This document shows, piece by piece, positions 1 through 8,971 of a stretch of DNA of 63,771 nt. The notes beneath the pieces were generated by a model that had not been told where the DNA came from, did no database searches, and saw nothing but the letters and a program-made list of their open reading frames with translations. The position numbers were made by a program, and so were the translations under genes. The stretch is from a virus (taxonomy: Duplodnaviria > Caudoviricetes). The first letter of the stretch is position 1. The number at the start of each line of letters is the position of its first letter. The stretch is from positions 1 through 63,771 of the IMG/VR virus record IMGVR_UViG_3300027741_000060; one strand, 5' to 3'.

Positions 1-1638
1 CAAGTTGGGGAATTCTTCAATGCCTTTGGCCCAGCGAGCATTGCGTTCAAACTCCCACTTGTTGACCAAGAATGTGTCAGACCACTTGTTCCACTGTGAA
101 CCAAACACATGAGTCATGGAACGCTGCCAGGGCTCAGAGTGCCAGGCAAAATCAAAATCATCATACACATTCTCGCTGCCAATAACCCAGAATCTTGTGT
201 TCCGGGTCTTGTTCAAGCATCTTTTAATGGTATCCATGACCGAGTTTACATAGCGAACTCGCTGTATATGTGGATAGCGTTCTTGCAGTCTTGCAAACCG
301 ACTAGCACTGACTGCATTGCTGCGGTCAAGATAAAAGATGTCCAACACTGCCACGGCTGTTTGTTCTTTGACTCGAGTAGGAATGTCCCCGGCAAATTTG
401 ATTTCAGTAGCGCCTGGCACCGTGTAGGTCAGGTTCACACTGGACTGAAAGTCTGTGCCAAAGTGATAGACATAGGGAGGCGATCCGGGATCCGGAATCC
501 AGCTAAAGTCCACACGATCGGCCACAACTTCCTCGGGCACTGACCAACAGCTTTGATCAGGCAAGATTTTAGCTTGTGGATGATCCAAGAACTTGCGTTC
601 GACTGCTCCAGGCGCATGGTATTCTATGGTGCTCATGATCACAGCTGGGTGCCATTGATTGCCGAACACATAGATGTAGGGCGGATCGCCGGGATCTGGA
701 CACCAAGAACGATCAAATTCAAAAGCATGATCGGTGGTCACTTGCCAATGTTCACTGGTAGGTAACAACTGTGCATGTGGTTCGCTCATGAACTTGCGTT
801 CAACTGCTCCGGGCACATGATATTCCATGGTGGGCATGATTTCGGCAGGCCAGTGCTGATTACCAAATACATAGACGTAGGGCGGATCCTTGGGATGTGG
901 GCACCAAGTCCAATCAAAAGATTCTGAGTCATTGGTGTGCAGCACCTGCCAGTTTTCGGTACTGGGCTTGAGTTTGGCTCGCGGATGATCAACGTATTTG
1001 TAATCCGTTGCTCCTGGCACTGTGTAAATCGGGCCGCCTTCTGAATACCAAGTTGTACCAAATTCATAAATGTAAGGAGGATCAAATGGATCAGGATGCC
1101 ATGAATAATCAACGCTGTCGGCATCAATATTTTGTGGTATGATCCAGTTGGCAAGATTTTTTACTGCAATGGCACGAGGCTCATCTATTATTTTTACAAC
1201 GCCTGTGCCACGATACACTGGACCCCCGGCATTTTGCCACTGAGTACCAAAGTGATATTCATAATCGGGTTCTCTAAAATCCGGATGCCAACTAAAATCA
1301 AAACTGGCAAGATCTATGTTGTTAGGTACTGACCAAGCAGCAAGATCTGGCAGTCTGGGTATCGATAAATTGCTATGATAGTTGGTGTCAGCATATCCCA
1401 CTGTGGGCACAAGATAAGTTCCCGAGTCTACTTGCCATTGACTAGGCCAAGCATGACGTTGATGCGCTTGCCAGGGACTTGGTTCCCAAAGAAAATCAAA
1501 GTCAGCATAGTCACATAAGTATGTGATCCACCAAAAGAATCTTGTGCGACTCATGCTGCGAGCATGCTCGATATCATTGGCTTGCTGCTCATGAGCAAAC
1601 AAACCCGGTGCGGTTCCTGAATAAAATACATCAAACAT
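1..1638 (-). CDS. Repeat-containing glycosyltransferase-like protein (partial, runs off left edge; absent from ORF track)
   Basis: Manually translated open frame of 546 codons from ATG at 1638 (MFDVFYSGTAPG...) with no stop in the window. About five tandem ~65-aa repeats (FDxSWxPDPxDPPYxYxFGxQW) are flanked by related TRFxWxI...DFDFxW domains. Confidence 0.75.
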   Translation of the reverse strand, partial: MFDVFYSGTAPGLFAHEQQANDIEHARSMSRTRFFWWITYLCDYADFDFLWEPSPWQAHQRHAWPSQWQVDSGTYLVPTVGYADTNYHSNLSIPRLPDLAAWSVPNNIDLASFDFSWHPDFREPDYEYHFGTQWQNAGGPVYRGTGVVKIIDEPRAIAVKNLANWIIPQNIDADSVDYSWHPDPFDPPYIYEFGTTWYSEGGPIYTVPGATDYKYVDHPRAKLKPSTENWQVLHTNDSESFDWTWCPHPKDPPYVYVFGNQHWPAEIMPTMEYHVPGAVERKFMSEPHAQLLPTSEHWQVTTDHAFEFDRSWCPDPGDPPYIYVFGNQWHPAVIMSTIEYHAPGAVERKFLDHPQAKILPDQSCWSVPEEVVADRVDFSWIPDPGSPPYVYHFGTDFQSSVNLTYTVPGATEIKFAGDIPTRVKEQTAVAVLDIFYLDRSNAVSASRFARLQERYPHIQRVRYVNSVMDTIKRCLNKTRNTRFWVIGSENVYDDFDFAWHSEPWQRSMTHVFGSQWNKWSDTFLVNKWEFERNARWAKGIEEFPNL

Positions 1639-2782
1639 GATTAGAATAGACGAAATTTACAACAATACTTTTTGGCCTTGGATCAAACACAATCTCCCCG
1701 GAACAAGAATGTTTTTTTGTGATCCACCGGGTGTAACAACCCCTGATGCTTTATTTAACTTGGGTCGCGATGATATCATAGAAACCGATTATGTATGGAT
1801 GCATGACCAAGAACCTTGTTGGGTAGATCAATATGAATTATTATTTAAAGAAGTAAAAAATTGCAACAGTGATATAGGGGGTCATTGGAATGAAGATCAA
1901 ACAAAATGGATCGAAATATTTCCAAATCCTTCAGGACATGTCATTGTAAGCGAGCAGGGAGAATATGTTGAACAACTGGAAAAAACATATGGTTGGAAAA
2001 GTCACTACTATTTCTATCACGGCTGGGCTTGCAAGGACTGGTTCCGGGGCTACGACAAAACATTTTTGATACCACGTGCCCGAGATCGTGCACCTACACA
2101 CACCTTCATGAGTCCAAATCGCATCGTAGCCGGCAAGCGAGACCACAGAGTATTATTTTTATACAATGTATTCAAGCAAGGTTTAGAAAAAAATTACATT
2201 TCTGCGCCAAGAACATGTCCATACGAAGGTGTTGATATTTCACAAATTGCACTCAAGTATAGTAACATATATCCTGATATTGAGCAAGTGTTTCAGGATG
2301 CCGAGTTGCCAAGACTGTTTGAGGGAGAAGAAACTCAGATCATGACTTCGTGTTGGTTGGGCAATTACACAGAAGCACAAGACAGCTTGTTGTATGTGCC
2401 TACTGAAACTGTGTACTTTGGTCGCAGACTGCACATTACAGAAAAAACATTCAAGGCCATTGCACTGGAAATGCCATTTGTGCTGGTAGCACCTGCTGGC
2501 AGTTTGGAATACATGCGCAGTTACGGATTCCGAACCTTTGCGGATGTGTTTGACGAAAGCTACGATGAGGAAACTGACGACATCCTGAGAGTTGAAAAAG
2601 TCACCCGGTTACTGAAAGAATTGGACAGCTTGTCAGTGCGTGAACGACAACAAATACATCGTGCTTGTTTGTCAGCCGTTGAGCACAATTATGAACATTT
2701 TTATGGTACTGGCTTAGAAAAAATTCTTTGGCAGGAATTACAGGACATGTTGCGTGGGTTGCAAACTCAATCTCACAGTTGA
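1637..2782 (+). CDS. Putative glycosyltransferase-like protein (TEK-motif family, GT10-like C-terminus)
   Basis: 381 aa; TETV...HITEKTFKAI...PFVLV...GFRTF...DESYD motif shared with three paralogs in the window. Confidence 0.6.
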   Translation: MIRIDEIYNNTFWPWIKHNLPGTRMFFCDPPGVTTPDALFNLGRDDIIETDYVWMHDQEPCWVDQYELLFKEVKNCNSDIGGHWNEDQTKWIEIFPNPSGHVIVSEQGEYVEQLEKTYGWKSHYYFYHGWACKDWFRGYDKTFLIPRARDRAPTHTFMSPNRIVAGKRDHRVLFLYNVFKQGLEKNYISAPRTCPYEGVDISQIALKYSNIYPDIEQVFQDAELPRLFEGEETQIMTSCWLGNYTEAQDSLLYVPTETVYFGRRLHITEKTFKAIALEMPFVLVAPAGSLEYMRSYGFRTFADVFDESYDEETDDILRVEKVTRLLKELDSLSVRERQQIHRACLSAVEHNYEHFYGTGLEKILWQELQDMLRGLQTQSHS

Positions 2783-3935
2783 TCGCGTAGAGAAAGACAA
2801 GGCCTATCCAGCGTTGGCCGTTTGGTCAGCACAACCTTATACCCAGGGTTGGAGACAGTTTGTGCATCATTGGCCTAACACAGTGCCCATTGAGTTGTTG
2901 GAGCACTGTAGAACTCACGGCGTTGAATGTGAGTTATCACTGGTAGAAGATTCCGTGAGTGGATACTATCCTGTTGGTCTAGGATTTTTCAACTTTGATG
3001 TAGACTACTTTGGACTCATGAGCTCTCTGGTCAGATCTCAGTTACATACAGGTGAATTGACTGTGCTGTTTTACTATCACGAAGGAGACAACCCAGCCAG
3101 GATAAAATCTAGACTGGATCAATTGTGTCAGCATCACCTGCTGCCAGCTAACTGCTATCGCTTTGTGAGTGGTAATACTGCAGCCGATTGCATCCCGGGT
3201 TTTGTATACTTTCCAGATCACGAACTGCTGTTCTGGCACCGCAATCGAGAAGTGGCACCTGCCAAAATACATCACAATATCAGACCATTCGAATTCACAG
3301 CACTCAGTAGAACACACAAGTGGTGGCGTGCCACTATAATGGCTGACCTGCAACGATTTGGACTATTGGATCATAGTCAATGGAGTTACGGTACTGTCGA
3401 TGTATGTGATAGATTTGAAGACAATCCCATAGAGATAGATCATGATTCTGGACTGCGTGATTGTGTTGAGGATTTCTTGAGTCACGCACCTTATGTGTGT
3501 GATGACATGAACTCGGATCAACAAAACGATCATCATCTCACAGAATATGCACACTACACACAAAGCTATTGCAACATAGTGTTGGAAACACATTTTGATG
3601 CCGATCAAAGCGGTGGAGCATTTTTAACAGAAAAAACATTCAAACCTATCAAACACGGACAGCCATTCGTGATTGTGGGTGCACCCGGCAGTTTGGCAGC
3701 ACTGAGATCTCTGGGCTATAGAACATTTGACCATGTGATAGACAACAGTTACGATTTAGAAACCAACAATACCCAACGCTGGATCAAGATAAAAGCGGCC
3801 ATTGCCAAAATAAAATCACAACCCATGCATGACTGGTTTGTTAGTTGCCTTGATGATGTTAAACACAACCAACAATTATTTTGTTCTTCAAAACAAAGCA
3901 GATTAAATAGCTTACTTGAAAGATTAAACTCATGA
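2754..3935 (+). CDS. Putative glycosyltransferase-like protein (TEK-motif family)
   Basis: 393 aa; NIVLETH...FLTEKTFKPI...PFVIVG...GYRTFD...DNSYD; overlaps neighbours on both sides. Confidence 0.6.
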   Translation: MGCKLNLTVDRVEKDKAYPALAVWSAQPYTQGWRQFVHHWPNTVPIELLEHCRTHGVECELSLVEDSVSGYYPVGLGFFNFDVDYFGLMSSLVRSQLHTGELTVLFYYHEGDNPARIKSRLDQLCQHHLLPANCYRFVSGNTAADCIPGFVYFPDHELLFWHRNREVAPAKIHHNIRPFEFTALSRTHKWWRATIMADLQRFGLLDHSQWSYGTVDVCDRFEDNPIEIDHDSGLRDCVEDFLSHAPYVCDDMNSDQQNDHHLTEYAHYTQSYCNIVLETHFDADQSGGAFLTEKTFKPIKHGQPFVIVGAPGSLAALRSLGYRTFDHVIDNSYDLETNNTQRWIKIKAAIAKIKSQPMHDWFVSCLDDVKHNQQLFCSSKQSRLNSLLERLNS

Positions 3936-4951
3936 TCAATTCTTATACCAGCTGGCAACCACTTGAAGAAGTCATAGTGGGCCGTGCTTATTCTCCAGAC
4001 TATTTTGACTTCATTGACAATGCACAAGTTCGCAATCAACTGCAGCAAATTCTTGCCGAAACTGCAGAGGATCTCGACAATTTACAAAAGACCATTGAAC
4101 GCTATGGTGCTCGAGTTCGTAGACCCAACTTACCCAGCAAAGATCAATTTGTGTGGTTTCAAACCGAAGGCGGCGGAGCACCATTGCCGCCCTTGACTCC
4201 TAGAGATTGGCAAATCACTCTGGGACAAAAATTGTTGCGTGTGTTGGCCATGCCAGAACTGGATGAAATTTGCAGTGATTTCAAAGATCAAGTTGTGAAT
4301 CCACACAAGAGTGCATGGGATGCTGATTGCATACTTAACGGTGCATCGGCCAGTTGTATTGTGCGTGTGGGTCGTGATGTGTTTTTTGACAACTCAGACT
4401 TTTTGCGTCCGGATCAAACTGCCTGGATTGTGGAAAACTGTCTGGGTCCAGAGTATCGCATACACGAGGCTGTGACAGATGGTCACGGCGATGCAGTGTT
4501 TGCTATTCTCAAGCCCGGTGTTATTTTGAGCAGCAAGCATGATGTGAACCTGGATCTTGGCAGAGACTTTCCAGGCTGGGACGTTTGCAAAATATGGGAT
4601 AGCTCAATCTGGGCTGCCATGGAAGTGGGCAAGTTCAAGTACGAACAAAGTCCCGGTGCTTGGTATGTACAAGGACAAACACCCACACCCGAGTTCACAG
4701 ACTTTGTGAACACCTATTTGAACAAGTGGACTGGCTTTGTGGCCGAAACTGTGTTTGATGTCAATTGCTTGGTGTTAGACGAAGAAAATGTAATCTTCAG
4801 TGCCTACAACCGAGAAGTATTTGATTTCTGTAAGCGTCACAGAATCAATCCTATCATTTCAGAACTGCGCCACAGTTACTTCTGGGACGGTGGTATCAGT
4901 TGCTGCACACAGGATTTACGCAGACGTGGCGGTCTCGAAACTTATCTATAA
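3932..4951 (+). CDS. Amidinotransferase (glycine/inosamine-phosphate amidinotransferase family)
   Basis: N-terminal SWQPLEEVIVG, PRD motif, GHGD (catalytic His), C-terminal GGISCCTQDL (catalytic Cys); ATGA coupling to the upstream gene. Confidence 0.85.
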   Translation: MINSYTSWQPLEEVIVGRAYSPDYFDFIDNAQVRNQLQQILAETAEDLDNLQKTIERYGARVRRPNLPSKDQFVWFQTEGGGAPLPPLTPRDWQITLGQKLLRVLAMPELDEICSDFKDQVVNPHKSAWDADCILNGASASCIVRVGRDVFFDNSDFLRPDQTAWIVENCLGPEYRIHEAVTDGHGDAVFAILKPGVILSSKHDVNLDLGRDFPGWDVCKIWDSSIWAAMEVGKFKYEQSPGAWYVQGQTPTPEFTDFVNTYLNKWTGFVAETVFDVNCLVLDEENVIFSAYNREVFDFCKRHRINPIISELRHSYFWDGGISCCTQDLRRRGGLETYL

Positions 4952-5588
4952 AAAGATTAGCAACCAACCGGTGTCCTTGTTCAAGGAAATGACCATGTTT
5001 TCCTTGAGGCAACCCAGTACACCAACTCATCATATCACTCTCCCACCTGATGCAGTGATCAATGTCGATTTCTTTTGATAGATAACCCAATGACCTATTG
5101 TCAATGATCTTACAACTCTTTACAAAATAATAAGGTTGCTGTTGGTTTTTAAAAAATGCTTGCAATGACAATAGTTGTGCTAACCATCTCTGTTGACTTT
5201 TAAATGAATCATAGTGATCTGCAAGGTATTGTTTAAACCAAGGAAAATAAAGACTAACATCAACCCCGGCGGTTAAAGGAAGATCTTTTCCGTGATAACT
5301 AAAATCAAAACGATCAATTGATGACCAAGCACAAATTACCAAATCATATTTCTTGCTGACCGATTCGGTTATTGCTAATCTAAAAATTCTATCATTGCTT
5401 CCGCCAGCTATGCTCAGATTAGTAACCGAAGTGTTAAGATGATTTGCTAATAACGATGGCCAAGCATATTGACTAGGATTCACAATACCGCCGTCGGTAT
5501 TATTGTTTCCATAAATGCCCAAGTGCTCAGGAACGTCTGGTAGCTCTGATCCAAAGCTGAAACTATCACCTATAACTAAAATACTCAT
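4896..5588 (-). CDS. SGNH/GDSL hydrolase-like protein
   Basis: N-terminal VIGDSFSFG, NLSIAGGSN block, C-terminal GHFLEQGH; AT-rich. Confidence 0.7.
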   Translation of the reverse strand: MSILVIGDSFSFGSELPDVPEHLGIYGNNNTDGGIVNPSQYAWPSLLANHLNTSVTNLSIAGGSNDRIFRLAITESVSKKYDLVICAWSSIDRFDFSYHGKDLPLTAGVDVSLYFPWFKQYLADHYDSFKSQQRWLAQLLSLQAFFKNQQQPYYFVKSCKIIDNRSLGYLSKEIDIDHCIRWESDMMSWCTGLPQGKHGHFLEQGHRLVANLFIDKFRDRHVCVNPVCSN

Positions 5589-6136
5589 TTCTTGTTGTAT
5601 CGAAGATAAATGCTATATCTGTTATAGTTGGAAGGAATTTTGTGATTGAGTCCATGTAGTATTGTATGCGGTGCGTCAATGATATATCCCGAATTAGGCC
5701 TGTAAGAGATTTCAAATAAAGGAGTCAAATGGTGGTGTTTTTTAATGTATAATGCTGTGCCTAGCATTTGAAAGGTATTGTGTCCTTCGCCCATGTAGAT
5801 CTGTACTGCATAATCTGGCCCTGGTATATCACAATGTGGGGTTATTTGATATCCAGAGCTGTCTTTCCACAAATCAATTCCTACAAATTCAACATCAACT
5901 CCTAACACAGCACCAATGTCAACTGCTATTGCGTGTTTTTTTATCTGCTCTAATACTAGAGATGTGCCACGATATATTTGTCGCCCGGGATAATGAGCAA
6001 ACTCATAACCCGACTCCCACCCATCATCTGAATAAAACAATTGATTTATATCAGTTATTACGGACTGTTCAAAAAAGTCGTCCACTAAAATAAACCTTGA
6101 CCCATTTGGAAAAGATACTGTTGCGTTTGTAATCAT
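5585..6136 (-). CDS. 2OG-Fe(II) oxygenase family protein
   Basis: LVDDFF start, PHCD (HxD), distal HGL His, RYSIY 2OG-binding RxS. Confidence 0.75.
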   Translation of the reverse strand: MITNATVSFPNGSRFILVDDFFEQSVITDINQLFYSDDGWESGYEFAHYPGRQIYRGTSLVLEQIKKHAIAVDIGAVLGVDVEFVGIDLWKDSSGYQITPHCDIPGPDYAVQIYMGEGHNTFQMLGTALYIKKHHHLTPLFEISYRPNSGYIIDAPHTILHGLNHKIPSNYNRYSIYLRYNKK

Positions 6137-6145
6137 GAATAAACT

Positions 6146-7315
6146 TTAACTCCGTACAGAGCCAGTCACATTGGACCACAGCTCTTTGAATCTAGTTGGG
6201 TGGCTTCTTGCTTGTTCTTGCACAGCGTGCCAAGCCCATGGATCTACTGTGGTATCTGGAGGTATCAGTAACTGGGCTTGATAGCGTTTTAGATTATCCA
6301 AACTTAACCGTTGTTCATTTTGAACATCTGTTGCATACAGTGCCAGTATGCGATCAATTTCTTTGCTGGCCTGTTGACGCAATTCCGGTTTTAGTCTACG
6401 GGCGTCCAAGGGTGCCGGATCTACCAGATCGCACCAAAAGATAGGCAAGTCTTGGGCTTGACAAAACTCATAGTATTCCACTAGATCAAACGCACAGTAT
6501 ATACTGTACGCAGGATGCGCTGTGATCTGTTGATTGTGTTCTTTTAGCACTTGAATATTGTATACAAATTGACTCCACTTAGCACCACGCCTAACATATT
6601 CAAATTTGTCACGTGTGACATTGTCAAAACTGATCATCCACTGTACATTGGGCCAATGCCTAAGCTCTTGGTAGATAGCATTGCGCTCTAGATTCATGCT
6701 GAGATTGGTAGTGACCATTACATCGACACGATCACTGTCAATTTCCTGCAGCAGGTTCAACAGGCCAGTCTGTAACAAAGGTTCACCACCGCCCAGGCTT
6801 AACCCTATCAAGGAGTCTCGGCTGGCACGAGCCAGTTCTACCAGGCCCGATGATTCATTGCGTACATGTGTAATAGGCATGTTCAACACCTGTTGCCAAG
6901 CGGTACTGGTAGTTGGGTTGCAATAGGTACAGGTCAGATTGCAAATGTTACTCCAGTTCAGTGCAAGATGTGTCAATTTAAACACAGCAGAATCTGAATC
7001 TATCTGGGTGACCACAGCAGGATCCACTATTTTGGTCTGTCTAGCACTGATAAAGCCGTGGGCTTCGTGTTGCTGGCACTGACGACAAAATGGGTGCCAT
7101 TGTCCTTGAGCTATGGTCTGTTTCAGACTGGTCAGCACAGGACCTGATATAATACTTTGTACAGATTCTTGCTTGACATTGCCCAGACTATGTGGTTGTT
7201 TATTGCTATTGCCGTAACTGTGAAAACACGGCAGTACTTGTCCTGACTGTGCAATGTTTAGTGTAGTCCAGGGCTCTGGACAAAAAGTTGGGCTTGAACT
7301 GATCTTTGTGGTCAT
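6146..7315 (-). CDS. Radical SAM protein with N-terminal Twitch/SPASM-like domain
   Basis: CNLTCTYC, GGGEP, N-terminal FCPEPW...PC...CRQC; likely start is ATG 7315, next to the upstream stop. Confidence 0.85.
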   Translation of the reverse strand: MTTKISSSPTFCPEPWTTLNIAQSGQVLPCFHSYGNSNKQPHSLGNVKQESVQSIISGPVLTSLKQTIAQGQWHPFCRQCQQHEAHGFISARQTKIVDPAVVTQIDSDSAVFKLTHLALNWSNICNLTCTYCNPTTSTAWQQVLNMPITHVRNESSGLVELARASRDSLIGLSLGGGEPLLQTGLLNLLQEIDSDRVDVMVTTNLSMNLERNAIYQELRHWPNVQWMISFDNVTRDKFEYVRRGAKWSQFVYNIQVLKEHNQQITAHPAYSIYCAFDLVEYYEFCQAQDLPIFWCDLVDPAPLDARRLKPELRQQASKEIDRILALYATDVQNEQRLSLDNLKRYQAQLLIPPDTTVDPWAWHAVQEQARSHPTRFKELWSNVTGSVRS

Positions 7316-7316
7316 G

Positions 7317-8867
7317 TTAACTATGTACTCTAACGCCATATAACTTTTCGAATCTATCTGCATCTGTTCGATCGTTGACCATGGGCTCGCCACGGATGTT
7401 GAGACTGGTGTTGAGCAGCATAGGGCAGCCAGTCAAGGCATACCAAGATTCCAGCAGTGCTCTAATTCCCGAACCATCTTTTGGTACAGTTTGTATGCGA
7501 CTCGTGCCGTCCACGTGAACAATAGCAGGGAACAGGTCAGGACGCAGACAACGTCCAACGATCTGCATATACCTAGAATCGACCCAGCCGCCAGGCATGT
7601 CAAAATAATCTCTAACATGTTCTTCCAGGACCACAGGCGCAAAAGGCCTAAATTGTTGTCTGCGTTTGATTTCATTTACTCGTTCCTTGATAGTATTGCC
7701 TCTGGGATCTGCCAGGAGACTGCGATTGCCCAGAGCCCTGGGTCCAAATTCAGCACGCCCACTGGCTACACCCACAATCTTGTTGGTCACTAATTCTTGT
7801 AATAAATCTTGTACTGGATAAGGGCCAGGAATGAGGTGACCCAAGTAAGCGTCCTGCCAGTTTAACTTTTTGCCATATGCAAGGGCAGCAGCACCAAGGC
7901 TCGAACCAGCATCGCCTGGGTTGGGCATGATCCAGATGTTTTCAAACCAGGACCCCAGGCGTCTATTGGCCAAACAATTGAGAGCCACACCGCCCATGTA
8001 CACTAGATTTTGACTCCAACCCTGGTCTCTGGCTCGCGTCATAACAGACTCAATCAGTTGTTCTACGAGAGCCTGAGCGCTGGCAGCAAGATCTTCGTTG
8101 GTAGCATTGGGCAAGAAATCATCCCCTACGCCGGTGTGTAGATTTTGTCGAAAGGTAAGTTTTTCTACGTCATTGACTAGACTTAGTTTGAGTGCGTCTT
8201 GCCACTGTGGCTTGCCCCAAGCGGCCATGCCCATGGTGATGTATTCTTCGTCTAGTGGACGCAAGCCAACTCGGCCAGTGATTGCACTATAAAACAGTCC
8301 AATAGAATGCGGGTAAGTTTGTCTCCACAGACGTTTATAACATGCACGACCTCGACGATCATATTCAGCACCCCATATTGATATGGTATCCCACTCACCT
8401 ATGGCATCAATAACTACCACCGTGGCACGATCGTACGGTGACGTTTGAAATCCTGCTGCTGCATGCGACAAATGATGATTGTATGACTTGACTGTAAATA
8501 AATCAAGGCCATTGATTTCATCGCTGTAAAAATATGCATCCACATAAGGATGGACGTCGTCAAACGAGTAGAAATTTTCAAAATTGAGCTGTTTTCTTAA
8601 TATATCTCTGACAAAAAGTTTATTCCGCTCTATGCCTTGTCCTGAATACCATTGACGCAGTTGTTTTTTCCAAGGCCGTTCGTAGTAAGCAATAGTGTCA
8701 ACCTGATCAAAATCAATTTCGTGCAACAATGCAGGATGCAAGTCAGCATCATTTTTCTTTTTTGAATAACGCTCGCTGTGCCCGGCAAACAAAATTTCTC
8801 CATGTGGAGAAATCAATGACACAGCCGAATCATGATAGCCAGCCGAAACACCTAAGATATTTTTCAT
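7317..8867 (-). CDS. Carbamoyltransferase (NodU/CmcH/TobZ family)
   Basis: GYHDS, ERYSKKK, HHLSHAA, GGVALN, GDAG, EFGPRALGNRS, RPFAP, HVDGTSRIQT, LNTSLN motifs. Confidence 0.93.
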   Translation of the reverse strand: MKNILGVSAGYHDSAVSLISPHGEILFAGHSERYSKKKNDADLHPALLHEIDFDQVDTIAYYERPWKKQLRQWYSGQGIERNKLFVRDILRKQLNFENFYSFDDVHPYVDAYFYSDEINGLDLFTVKSYNHHLSHAAAGFQTSPYDRATVVVIDAIGEWDTISIWGAEYDRRGRACYKRLWRQTYPHSIGLFYSAITGRVGLRPLDEEYITMGMAAWGKPQWQDALKLSLVNDVEKLTFRQNLHTGVGDDFLPNATNEDLAASAQALVEQLIESVMTRARDQGWSQNLVYMGGVALNCLANRRLGSWFENIWIMPNPGDAGSSLGAAALAYGKKLNWQDAYLGHLIPGPYPVQDLLQELVTNKIVGVASGRAEFGPRALGNRSLLADPRGNTIKERVNEIKRRQQFRPFAPVVLEEHVRDYFDMPGGWVDSRYMQIVGRCLRPDLFPAIVHVDGTSRIQTVPKDGSGIRALLESWYALTGCPMLLNTSLNIRGEPMVNDRTDADRFEKLYGVRVHS

Positions 8868-8869
8868 CG

Positions 8870-8971
8870 TCACTTGTAGATAAAAGGATCGCGCTTTCTC
8901 AATTCTTTGAGTTTTTTGCGATAGCGTATTTCTAACATAACGCGATTATAAAGATTTCTAATCCAGTTCAT
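8870..8971 (-). CDS. Small basic 33-aa protein (MNWIRNLYNRVMLEIRYRKKLKELRKRDPFIYK)
   Basis: Manually translated; exactly fills the gap between the two flanking genes, overlapping the upstream stop. Confidence 0.65.
   Translation of the reverse strand: MNWIRNLYNRVMLEIRYRKKLKELRKRDPFIYK

Noticed and set aside
109-1332. Short ORFs listed in the track over the first 1.3 kb
   Set aside because: They are shadows of the long minus-strand gene 1..1638.
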